48,774 nt of DNA. Origin: Phycisphaera mikurensis. GTDB lineage: Bacteria; Planctomycetota; B15-G4; JADJEK01. Shown in pieces: positions 36,190-46,718 of this stretch; the first letter of the stretch is position 1; each line of letters begins with the position of its first letter. Both the position numbers and the translations under genes were made by a program. Under the pieces are notes generated by a model. That model saw nothing but the letters and a program-made list of their open reading frames with translations, was not told the DNA's origin and ran no database searches. The stretch is from NCBI GenBank assembly GCA_020723465.1, contig DYIW01000004.1, positions 1-48,774 of the forward strand, in the 5' to 3' direction.

Positions 36190-36873
36190 ATGAGACTGCA
36201 TCGAGTGGTTCTGGTGGCGCTGTTGTGCGCGTCGACGGTGGGCTGCGTCTCGCGGTCGGCGTACGAGGAGAAGATCGAGGAGCTGCGCGCCGCCAAGACG
36301 CAGCTCAAGGACGTGGGGGAGCTGGCCAAGCAGTACGGCGACCAGGTGGCGGAGCTGCAGGCCAAGAACGACTCGCTCACCCAGCAGAACGAGATGCTGC
36401 GCGGCAGCACCGATGAGTCGACGCGGCGCATCGAGGAGCTGATGGCCCAGCTCCGCAGTCAGCCGGGTCTGCCGGCCGGCGTCGAGGGGGTGGGCGAGGC
36501 CGGGGTCTACACGTACCGGGTGGATGGCGGTGTCCTGTTCGATCCCGGAAGCTGCGAGCTGAAGCCCACGGGCAAGAAGACGCTCACCGACATGGCTGCT
36601 CTGCTGAAGCAGCATGACTACAAGATCGAGATCGCCGGGCACACGGACACCGACCCGGTGGCCAAGACGATCTCGCGCTACCCGCGCGGGAACATCGAGC
36701 TGGGAGCGGAGCGCGCCCTGGCCGTGTACGAGGCGCTCAGGCAGGCGGACATTCCGCCGAGCCGCATGCGCGTGTCCTCCTATGGCGAGCACAGCCCGGT
36801 GGCGGAGGGCGACAAGGCGCGCAACCGCCGTGTCGAGATCCGGGTGCTCTTGAGCGAACCGGCGGCTCAGTAA
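36190..36873 (+). CDS. OmpA/MotB-family lipoprotein with coiled-coil N-terminal region
   Basis: 227 aa. Lipobox LLCASTVGC, heptad-rich segment EEKIEELRAAKTQLKD...AELQAKNDSL, OmpA_C domain (IEIAGHTDTDPV...NRRVEIRVL). GGAGG upstream. Confidence 0.85.
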   Translation: MRLHRVVLVALLCASTVGCVSRSAYEEKIEELRAAKTQLKDVGELAKQYGDQVAELQAKNDSLTQQNEMLRGSTDESTRRIEELMAQLRSQPGLPAGVEGVGEAGVYTYRVDGGVLFDPGSCELKPTGKKTLTDMAALLKQHDYKIEIAGHTDTDPVAKTISRYPRGNIELGAERALAVYEALRQADIPPSRMRVSSYGEHSPVAEGDKARNRRVEIRVLLSEPAAQ

Positions 36874-36930
36874 TCGAGCCGCGAGCCGTCGCACCCGCGG
36901 GAGCGGGGGCGGCGGCACGACGGACCGAGG

Positions 36931-39243
36931 GTGACTGGCGCAAGCGAGCCTGTGGCGGCGGGACGCGCGCGTCCCTGCCGCGGCCGTTCCTGGTTGGTGG
37001 GGCTTGCGGCCGCGTTGCTGGTCCTGGCGGCGATCTGCCTGGCCCTGCGGGCGCCGGAACACCCTGGAGGTCCGGCTGATCTGGCCGCGCGCCTGCTGCG
37101 AGCGATCGACCGCATGGCGCTGGTGCGCGTGGCGGAGGGCTCGGGCGGATCGGACGACGCCTACTTCGTCGATCGCTTCGAGGTCACCAACCGGGAGTTC
37201 GGCGAGTTCGTGCGCTCGAGCGGCTATCGCGCCGAGCACCCGGACTCGTTCTTGCTGCGGTTCCGCGACCCATTGGCCGGAACCTATCCCGAGGAGCTGG
37301 CCGACCACCCCGTCGTCTTCGTCTCGCACGGCGACGCCCTGGCCTTCGCGGCGTGGTTCGGCGCGGAGAAGGACCTGCCTACGGCCGAGGAATGGGCGCG
37401 TGTCGCGCACGAGGCGGAGCGCAACAGCCGCTACGGGCTGAACGCCCTGGAGACGGGCATCGCCGGCACCACGCGCGTGGGGACGTTCGAGCACGGGCGG
37501 ACCGCGCCGTCCTCGGCCGTCGAGCCGCCCGTCTACGACCTCATGGGCAACGTCTGGGAGTGGACGAGCACGCCGGGCGGGTTGCTCGACACGACGAAGG
37601 TCATCAAGGGCGGCGCGTTCAACGTCTCGCACACCAGCGTGGACGCGGACTCGATGGCGACGGAGGAACCCGAGAATCGGGCATGGAACCTCGGCTTCCG
37701 TTGCGTCGTGCGCCACGCGGGCAGGTTCGTGCGGCGCCTGCTGGAGATGGTGGCCGTCGCGGACCGGGCGACCGCGAGCCGGATCCAGGAGTCGCTGTGC
37801 GGGTTCGGCGAGCCCATGACACGACTCCTGCATCGCATCCGCTTCGAGGATGCGGCGCGCGGCGCCCTGCCCGCGGGCGGCGGGGACGACGACCTGATCG
37901 TGGCGCTCCAGGATGGGCGCGTGGCCATCCTGGACGGCCGGGGCCGGGTGCGCGTGTTCGATGCAGCGTCCGGCGCGCTCCTGGCGGAGCGCGCCGGTTT
38001 CCACGAGTTCTACGACGCGGAGGCGGCGGACCTGGACGGCGATGGCGCGGAGGAGCTGTACGTGGTCACGGCCCTGCCGCGCGCCGAAGAGGAGGAGCAG
38101 GAGGAGCCGGCCGCGGACTACCGCATCGAGTGCGGCACGGAGGTGGAGCCGCGCCTGGTGGAGAAGGGCAGCGGCCGCGCTTTGCCCTGGGCGCCCGGGG
38201 CCGAGGCGCTGCGCGAGGTGATGAGCGCCGCCTTCCGCACCGAGGAGGCCCGCGCCGAGGGCTACGTTCCCCGCTACCTGGAGACCTTCATGCGCCTCGA
38301 GGTCGAAGGCGGCGAGATCGTCACGTGCTGGCAAGTGGACGTGCCGGAATCGGCCCGGCCGCTGCCCCTTGGTGAGGGCTCGGGCCTGCTGCTCCTGCCT
38401 TGCCTCTACTGGCACGTCATCGGCTCGGCTTTTCTCTTGGACGCGGGCACGCTCGACCTGCGCGTACTGCGCTGCTCCGACGGCAGCCTGGTCGAGTCCG
38501 GCCTGATCCCAGGCGGCTGCTTCGGGCTGCAGGCGATCGACTCCGCCGCCGCGCTCTTCCATCTCAGCACCTGGACGGAGCACGAGATCCTGGTGCGCCG
38601 CGAGGCCGAGCGGCTCACGGTCGCGCCCTTTCCCGGGAGCGGGGACGGGTCCACCTTCGCCGGCCTGCTCCCGGGACCCGAGCCGCACGCGGCCACCATG
38701 CTGCGCATCATGCCGAAGAGCGACGGGCAGGCGGCGCGCGTGCTGCTGCGCGCCTTCGACTCCGCGGGCCAGGTCGCCGCGGAGACGGTTCTGCCGGCCG
38801 AAGGACGGCAGGCGCCTCGGCTCCTCGCCGCGCCGGACTCTTCGGGGATCCTCATTGCCATGGGAGACGACACCCTGCTCTGCCTCGGACCGGACCTGTC
38901 GCTGCGCTGGCGGCGCAGCGTTTTCCGGGAGGTGGACCGGGAGCAGAGCGCAGTGGTGTGGGGTGACTTCGACGGAGACGGCAGCACCGAGCTGGCCGCG
39001 CCCTGGCGGCTCGATGGCTGCGTCCTCATCGACTCCCACCAGGGCATGATCGTGGACCGGTTCCAGAACCCCGGCGTCGCCCTGCTCAGGCTGCTCCGGG
39101 TCCGGCCGGCGCACGGTCCCGACCTCCTTCTCGCCGCCTACCGGGATCAGGGGGTCGTGGCGCTGAGGCGGTGCGGCAGGTCCGCCGATCGCGCGGCGCG
39201 CCGCCTGCTGGAGCGGCTCGATCCCGTGCCCAGCACGCGATGA
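36931..39243 (+). CDS. membrane-anchored FGE-sulfatase (SUMF1-like) domain protein with FG-GAP/VCBS-like C-terminal region
   Basis: 770 aa. TM segment LVGLAAALLVLAAICLAL. FGE-type motifs YFVDRFEVTNREF, HPVVFVSHGDALAFAAW, GNVWEWTS, GFRCV. Later DLDGDGAEELYV and GDFDGDGSTELAA. The start codon is uncertain. Confidence 0.8.
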   Translation: MTGASEPVAAGRARPCRGRSWLVGLAAALLVLAAICLALRAPEHPGGPADLAARLLRAIDRMALVRVAEGSGGSDDAYFVDRFEVTNREFGEFVRSSGYRAEHPDSFLLRFRDPLAGTYPEELADHPVVFVSHGDALAFAAWFGAEKDLPTAEEWARVAHEAERNSRYGLNALETGIAGTTRVGTFEHGRTAPSSAVEPPVYDLMGNVWEWTSTPGGLLDTTKVIKGGAFNVSHTSVDADSMATEEPENRAWNLGFRCVVRHAGRFVRRLLEMVAVADRATASRIQESLCGFGEPMTRLLHRIRFEDAARGALPAGGGDDDLIVALQDGRVAILDGRGRVRVFDAASGALLAERAGFHEFYDAEAADLDGDGAEELYVVTALPRAEEEEQEEPAADYRIECGTEVEPRLVEKGSGRALPWAPGAEALREVMSAAFRTEEARAEGYVPRYLETFMRLEVEGGEIVTCWQVDVPESARPLPLGEGSGLLLLPCLYWHVIGSAFLLDAGTLDLRVLRCSDGSLVESGLIPGGCFGLQAIDSAAALFHLSTWTEHEILVRREAERLTVAPFPGSGDGSTFAGLLPGPEPHAATMLRIMPKSDGQAARVLLRAFDSAGQVAAETVLPAEGRQAPRLLAAPDSSGILIAMGDDTLLCLGPDLSLRWRRSVFREVDREQSAVVWGDFDGDGSTELAAPWRLDGCVLIDSHQGMIVDRFQNPGVALLRLLRVRPAHGPDLLLAAYRDQGVVALRRCGRSADRAARRLLERLDPVPSTR

Positions 39244-40166
39244 GCGCCGCGCCGGAAGTTCCTTCTCTCTCCCGGGTGCGCGCGGCCCTGGCGGAACACG
39301 GGGTGCGCCCGCGGCGGAGCCTGGGCCAGCACTTCCTCGCGGACCGCTCCCTGCTGCGGCGCATGGTCGACGCAGCGGGGCTCGCGCCGCGAGACGTGGT
39401 CCTCGAGGTCGGGCCGGGTCCCGGGACGCTCACCGCCGAGCTCCTGAGCCGCGGCGCGCGCGTGGTGGCGGTGGAGGTCGACCCGGTGATGATCGGTGTG
39501 CTGCGCGCGCTCCTGGGCGAGGCGCCGGACCTCACGCTCATCCAGGAGGACATCCTGGCCGGCGCGCCGGGGGGGCTGCCGGCTGGGGTGGAGCGCGCGC
39601 TGCTCGCGGCGCTGCACCAGGCGGGCCAGCAGTCGTATTGCCTGGTCGCGAACCTGCCGTACCAGGTGGCCGCGACCTTGCTGGCGCGCCTTTTCTGGAC
39701 CAGGCCTCCGGAACGGGCGGTGGTGACCGTGCAGCGCGAAGTGGCGGAGCGGCTCGCCGCCGCGCCCGGAACGCGCGGCTACGGGCCGGTGGGCGTGCTG
39801 GTGCAGCTCCAGGCCGAGGTGCGACAGGCGTTCCGCATCCCGCCGGGGGCCTTCTGGCCGGCGCCCAAGATCGACTCGGCGTGCGTGGTGCTGCGGGGCG
39901 CGACGCAGGCGCGCGTCCAGCGGGTCGAGCAGGGTTTCCTGGTGCAGGTGGTTCATGCCGTCTTCCGCGCCCGCCGCAAGCGGCTCCTCAACTCCCTGGC
40001 GCTGGCTTTCGGTCCGCGACTCGACCAGGTCGGCCTGCGGGCGGCGCTGGAAGAGAAAAAGTGGGAAAAGGAGCGGAGAGGCGAGCAACTGGCACCGATG
40101 GAGATTGTGGAGCTGGCCGAGCTCCTCATGCAGGGCGGCATCCTGCGGGGTCCTCGAGATGCGTGA
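39240..40166 (+). CDS. rsmA: 16S rRNA (adenine1518/1519-N6)-dimethyltransferase
   Basis: Trimmed to the ATG at 39240, which overlaps the upstream stop (ATGA). LGQHFLADRSLLRRMV, SAM motif VLEVGPGPGTLT, NLPYQVA. Confidence 0.9.
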   Translation: MSAAPEVPSLSRVRAALAEHGVRPRRSLGQHFLADRSLLRRMVDAAGLAPRDVVLEVGPGPGTLTAELLSRGARVVAVEVDPVMIGVLRALLGEAPDLTLIQEDILAGAPGGLPAGVERALLAALHQAGQQSYCLVANLPYQVAATLLARLFWTRPPERAVVTVQREVAERLAAAPGTRGYGPVGVLVQLQAEVRQAFRIPPGAFWPAPKIDSACVVLRGATQARVQRVEQGFLVQVVHAVFRARRKRLLNSLALAFGPRLDQVGLRAALEEKKWEKERRGEQLAPMEIVELAELLMQGGILRGPRDA

Positions 40167-40324
40167 CGCGACGGCGGCCCGCGGTGTATGCTGGGACGCT
40201 GGCGGGCGCCGCCCGGAGAGACGGCGCGGAAAGGCGGCGGTCGGGCGTGCGCGCTTTCCCGCAGGCATGGAGCAGGGCAGCACGGCGATGAGCCGCCGGT
40301 CATGGTCTCGGACAGGTCTGTCTC

Positions 40325-42157
40325 GTGGAGGTGCGTGTGGCGCGCGCTGACCGCGATTTCGTCGGCCGCGTGAAAGCGGCGCTCGACATCGTGCAGGTGA
40401 TCCAGGCGTACGTGCCGCTGGCGCAGAAGAGCGGGCGGTTCGTGGCGCTCTGCCCCTTCCATCGGGAGAAGACGCCGTCGTTCTGGGTGCACCCGGAGAA
40501 GCAGATCTTCCACTGCTTCGGCTGCGGCAAGGGCGGAGACGTGGTGACCTTCGTGATGGAGATGGACCGCCTCTCCTTCGGCGAGGCGCTGCGCCACCTC
40601 GCCGGCCTCGCGGGGCTGCCTCTGCCCGAGACACGCCAGGGAGGGGCCGCGGAGGGACGGCGCGAGCGGCTGCTCGCCGCCTTGTTGAAGGCGAGCGAGT
40701 TCTACGTGGCGGCGCTGCGCGCGCCAGGTGGGGCGCGCGCCCTCGAGTACCTGCGCGGCCGCGGCCTGACCGCGGCCGCGCTCGAGCGCTTCGCCCTGGG
40801 CTGCGCTTCCGGGGAATGGCGGTCGCTGCACTCTGCCCTGCGGTCTCGTGGCTTCACGGATGACGAGCTCCTGGCCGCCGGCCTGGTCAAGGCGAACGAG
40901 GCAGGCCACAAGTGGGACCTGCTGCGCAACCGGATCGTGATCCCGATCCGCGACGCGCGCGGGCGGGTGATCGCATTCGGCGGCCGGGCGCTGGACGACA
41001 CGCCGCCCAAGTACCTGAACTCGCCGGAGACCGAGCTCTTCTCCAAGAGGAACGTGCTGTTCGGCCTGGACAAGGCCGCCCGGGCGGCTGCTGCTGCCGG
41101 TTGCTTCGTGGTGGTCGAGGGCTACATGGACGTCATCGCTGCGCACCAGCGTGGCGTCGAGAACGTCGTGGCTGCCCTCGGCACCGCGTTCACCGTCGAG
41201 CATGTTGCACAACTGCGACGCCACGCCGGCCAGATCGTGCTGCTTTTCGATGCGGACGAAGGGGGCCAGCGGGCGGCGGACCGGGGAGCGACGCTCCTGG
41301 TCCGCGAGGGCCTGGATGTCGCGATCGCCACGCTTCCCGCGGGCCAGGACCCGGATGACTTCTTCCGCACCCACGAAGCGGCGGCATTCTGGAGTTATCT
41401 CGCTGAAAACAAAGAGGATATGATCGCGTATCTCATTCGCAGGGCTCGTGAGGAGGCGGGCGAGGACGCGGGCGTGGCTCGAACCGTCAGGGCAGCGCGC
41501 TCGGTCCTGAAGCTCCTCGAAGGGATGGACGACGCCGTACAGTTCGATCTGTATGTGCGGCGGATTTCCCAGGAGTTCGGCGTCGACGAAGCATTGCTCC
41601 GACAGGACATGCGGCGGTCAGGCGGTGCCAAGAGGCCGGTGCACGCGGACGAGGCCACCCCGCCTCGCGCGGAGCGTGGTATGCTGAGGGGCTGGGAACT
41701 TGACGAGGTTTTCATCCTTCACGCAGCCGCCACGGATGCGGCAGTTGCAGAAAGGGTGGTCGAGGCGCTATCAGAAGCAGATTTCCGAGACACGGGCCGC
41801 CGGGTTGTGTTCATGACGATCCGGGACATCGTGAAGGGCTCGCAAAGCCCGGCGCCATCCGTGGTTCTGGAACAACTGAAAGACAACGCCGCTGCGGTGG
41901 GAGCACTCCAGGTTGCTCTCGGGCGACCGCTTCCGCCCGAGGAGACCGTGGATGACCTGATCGAGCGGATGACCGAGCGACGCAAGGACGTGGAGTACCG
42001 GCGAGCCCGCGAGGAGGCCGGTCGCTCTGGCGTTCTAAAGAGCAGCGATGATGATGAGCTGGATCCTCGTCTGGACGAGCTGGCGCGCTACCACGTGGCA
42101 CGCTACGCCCGCTCCAAGGACCAGGAACGGCAACGGCATGACGCGGGCGAGGCCTGA
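40325..42157 (+). CDS. dnaG: DNA primase
   Basis: 610 aa. Zinc ribbon CPFHREKTPSFWVHPEKQIFHCFGCGKGGD, RNA polymerase core, TOPRIM VVVEGYMDVIA...LLFDADEGGQRA. An alternative GTG start lies at 40337. Confidence 0.95.
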   Translation: MEVRVARADRDFVGRVKAALDIVQVIQAYVPLAQKSGRFVALCPFHREKTPSFWVHPEKQIFHCFGCGKGGDVVTFVMEMDRLSFGEALRHLAGLAGLPLPETRQGGAAEGRRERLLAALLKASEFYVAALRAPGGARALEYLRGRGLTAAALERFALGCASGEWRSLHSALRSRGFTDDELLAAGLVKANEAGHKWDLLRNRIVIPIRDARGRVIAFGGRALDDTPPKYLNSPETELFSKRNVLFGLDKAARAAAAAGCFVVVEGYMDVIAAHQRGVENVVAALGTAFTVEHVAQLRRHAGQIVLLFDADEGGQRAADRGATLLVREGLDVAIATLPAGQDPDDFFRTHEAAAFWSYLAENKEDMIAYLIRRAREEAGEDAGVARTVRAARSVLKLLEGMDDAVQFDLYVRRISQEFGVDEALLRQDMRRSGGAKRPVHADEATPPRAERGMLRGWELDEVFILHAAATDAAVAERVVEALSEADFRDTGRRVVFMTIRDIVKGSQSPAPSVVLEQLKDNAAAVGALQVALGRPLPPEETVDDLIERMTERRKDVEYRRAREEAGRSGVLKSSDDDELDPRLDELARYHVARYARSKDQERQRHDAGEA

Positions 42158-42184
42158 GGTCTACCTGGCCGCGGCACGGCGCGG

Positions 42185-43912
<1,728 letters not shown>

Positions 43913-43955
43913 CGTCGCAGGTCTGGGCGGGAGCGGCCGAGGGCTGACCGCCCGC

Positions 43956-44747
43956 TTGGCCTCGTTGACCAGGGGCGGTAGGATGGAATCTGAACGCGAC
44001 CCGGGCGCGGTGGGCGGACCACGCCGGCATCTGACCGTGCTCGTGCGCCTGCAGGATCTCGACCGGGAACGCGATTCCAATGAGCGGCTGCTGGGCCAGA
44101 GCGGCGGCATCGTCGCCGCGCGCGCGCAGCTCGTGGACGCGGCGCGCGCGGCAGTGGCCAAGGCCCAGGAGGCGCTGAAGAAGGCGCGCCTCGCGGCTGA
44201 TGAGGCCGAGCTGGAGCTGCGCGCCCACGCCGACAAGGTGCGCAAGCTCGAGCTGCAGATCAACACGGCCAAGACCAATCAGGAGTACCAGGCCCTGCAG
44301 GTGCACCTCGCCAAGGTGAAGGGGGAGTCGGACCGCGAGGAGGAGACCACCCTGGCCCTCTATGAGCGGATCGAAGCGCTGGAGGCCGAGCTGGCGCGCG
44401 AACGGCAGCGCCTGGGCCAGCTCGAAAACGAGCATCGGGAGTTCGTGCTCGCCTGCGAGCGGGATCGGGAACGGGCGCGGCGCGAGCTGGCGAGCACCGA
44501 CGAGCGGCGCGCGGCCCTGCTGGCCGAGCTGCCGCGCGACCTGCGCGCCAGCTACGAGCGCGTGCGCGCGGCGCGCGACGGCGTGGCCATCGTGCCGTGC
44601 GAGGAACGCACCTGCACCGGCTGCGGCGTGTCCGTTTCCGCCAACGAGATCACGCGGCTCCTGGCCCTGAGCCAGATCGTCTACTGCGACTCCTGCCAGC
44701 GAATCCTCTATCTTCCCGACGTGCTGCAGGTCAAGTCGGAGAGGTGA
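43956..44747 (+). CDS. COG1579-type coiled-coil / C4 zinc-ribbon protein
   Basis: Long coiled coil (NTAKTNQEYQALQ...), then CTGCGVSV...CDSCQRILY. The start is ambiguous: TTG at 43956 or ATG at 43983. Confidence 0.8.
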   Translation: MASLTRGGRMESERDPGAVGGPRRHLTVLVRLQDLDRERDSNERLLGQSGGIVAARAQLVDAARAAVAKAQEALKKARLAADEAELELRAHADKVRKLELQINTAKTNQEYQALQVHLAKVKGESDREEETTLALYERIEALEAELARERQRLGQLENEHREFVLACERDRERARRELASTDERRAALLAELPRDLRASYERVRAARDGVAIVPCEERTCTGCGVSVSANEITRLLALSQIVYCDSCQRILYLPDVLQVKSER

Positions 44748-44768
44748 CGCGGCCGGCGGCTCCGGTGC

Positions 44769-46718
44769 GTGACGAGTCCAGTGGCTGCTGAGATTCACAG
44801 AATCATCGTCGGGACGGCGGGTCACATCGACCACGGCAAGTCCTCGCTGGTGCGCGTGCTCACCGGTGTGGATCCGGACCGCCTCAAGGAGGAGAAGGAC
44901 CGGGGGATGACCATCGACCTCGGCTTCGCGCCGTATGCGACGCGCTCGGGCCGGACGGTGGGCTTCATCGACGTTCCGGGCCACGAGCGCTTCGTCAAGA
45001 ACATGGTGGCCGGCGCCAGCTCGGTGGACGTCTTCGTGCTGGTCGTGGCCGCGGACGACGGCGTCATGCCGCAGACCCGGGAGCACGTGGACATCCTCGA
45101 CCTGCTGGGCGCGCGGCGCGGCCTGGTCGCGGTCACCAAGATCGACTTGGTCGACCCGGAGCTGCGCGAGCTGGCGGTGGACGAGATCCGCGAGTATCTG
45201 CTCGGGTCGGCCTTCGAGAGCGCGCCGCTGTGCGCGGTCTCGATCGTCACGGGCGAGGGCATGGAGGAGCTACGCGGCGAGCTCGATCGCATCATCGAGG
45301 ACACGCCGGCGCGCAGCGCCGAGGGGGTGTTCCGCATGCCGGTGCAGCGCGTCTTCTCGGCGCGCGGACATGGCATCGTGCTGACCGGGGTGCCGCTCTC
45401 GGGCACGGTCGCGCTCGGCGAGCAGCTCGAGGTGCTGCCGCAGGGATTCAAGGGCAAGGTGCGCGGCATCCAGGCGTACCGCGAGGACCGCGAGCACGCC
45501 TGCGCCGGCCACTCCACGGCGCTCAACCTGTCCGACATCGACTACCGGCTGGTGCGGCGCGGCGACGTGGTGGCCACGCCCGGCCTGTTCCGGCCGGCGC
45601 GCATGCTCGAGGCCGAGCTGCGCTACCTGGCCGCGGCGACGAAACCGCTCAAGCACGGCGCCGAGGTGCGCCTGCACGTCGGCACGGCCGAGGCCATCGC
45701 CCGGGTGGTGCTGCTCAATCGCCCGGTGCTGGAGCCGGGCGAGGAGGCGCTGGTGCAGTTCCGCCTGCGCGAGGCCGTGGTGGCCACGCGCGGCGACCGC
45801 TTCCTCATTCGCTTGCCCACGCCTTCGCTCACTCTCGGCGGCGGCGTCATCGTGTCGGAATCGGAGCGACGCCTGCCGCGCCTGCGCGAGGCCTCGGTGG
45901 CGGCGGTGCAGGCCAAGGTGGCGGCGCTCGACGACCCGGCTGCGTTCCTCGAACGCCTCGTGCTGGAGCGCGGGCTGCGCTGCGCGGCGCGGCGCGAGGT
46001 GCCCGGGCTGGTGAAACTGCACGCGGCCGAGGCGCAGGAGCTGGTCGCCGGCCTGCTGCGCGCAGGGCGCCTGGTGCCGGTCGGACGCGAGCGCCTGATG
46101 CACCGCGACGTGTTCGCGGGCGTGTGCACCGCGCTGCGCGCCGCGCTCAGGCGTTTCCACGAGGGGAATCCGCTGCGCGCCTACGCCGACGGGCTGGCCC
46201 TGCGCACCGAGCTGCGCCTGCAGGAGGACATCTTCGACGCGGCCGCGCGCGCGCTGGGAGACGCGGCGGAGGCGGTGGTGCACAAGGGTGCGCGCATCGG
46301 TCTGGCCGGGGCGGGGCCGCGCCTCTCGCCGGCTGAGGAGGCGGCGCGCGAGCGCATCCGGGCCCGGCTGCACCAGGCGGGGCTGTCGCCGCCCTCGGCC
46401 GAGGAGCTGGCGGCGGAACTGGGCCTCGACGCCGGCACGGTGCGGGCGCTGCTGGTGCTGCTGGTGGAGCAGGAGCACGCCTTCCGCGCGCACGACATCT
46501 TCTTCGACGCGGGGCGCAAGCAGGACCTCCTGGACGTGCTGCGCCGGGTGGCCGCGGAGAACAAGGGCGAGATTCTGGTGCCGCGCGTCCGCGACCTCCT
46601 GGGCACGACGCGCAAGTATCTCATCCCGCTGCTCGAGTACCTGGACAGCCACGGGCACACCGTGCGCCGCGGTGAGCGCCGCTTCTTCGTGGAGCGGCCG
46701 GCGGAGAGCGCCCCGTGA
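44769..46718 (+). CDS. selB: selenocysteine-specific translation elongation factor
   Basis: 649 aa, GTG start. G1 [28 protein letters not shown]-Tu-like domains II/III, C-terminal winged-helix region ending [25 protein letters not shown]. Confidence 0.88.
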   Translation: MTSPVAAEIHRIIVGTAGHIDHGKSSLVRVLTGVDPDRLKEEKDRGMTIDLGFAPYATRSGRTVGFIDVPGHERFVKNMVAGASSVDVFVLVVAADDGVMPQTREHVDILDLLGARRGLVAVTKIDLVDPELRELAVDEIREYLLGSAFESAPLCAVSIVTGEGMEELRGELDRIIEDTPARSAEGVFRMPVQRVFSARGHGIVLTGVPLSGTVALGEQLEVLPQGFKGKVRGIQAYREDREHACAGHSTALNLSDIDYRLVRRGDVVATPGLFRPARMLEAELRYLAAATKPLKHGAEVRLHVGTAEAIARVVLLNRPVLEPGEEALVQFRLREAVVATRGDRFLIRLPTPSLTLGGGVIVSESERRLPRLREASVAAVQAKVAALDDPAAFLERLVLERGLRCAARREVPGLVKLHAAEAQELVAGLLRAGRLVPVGRERLMHRDVFAGVCTALRAALRRFHEGNPLRAYADGLALRTELRLQEDIFDAAARALGDAAEAVVHKGARIGLAGAGPRLSPAEEAARERIRARLHQAGLSPPSAEELAAELGLDAGTVRALLVLLVEQEHAFRAHDIFFDAGRKQDLLDVLRRVAAENKGEILVPRVRDLLGTTRKYLIPLLEYLDSHGHTVRRGERRFFVERPAESAP

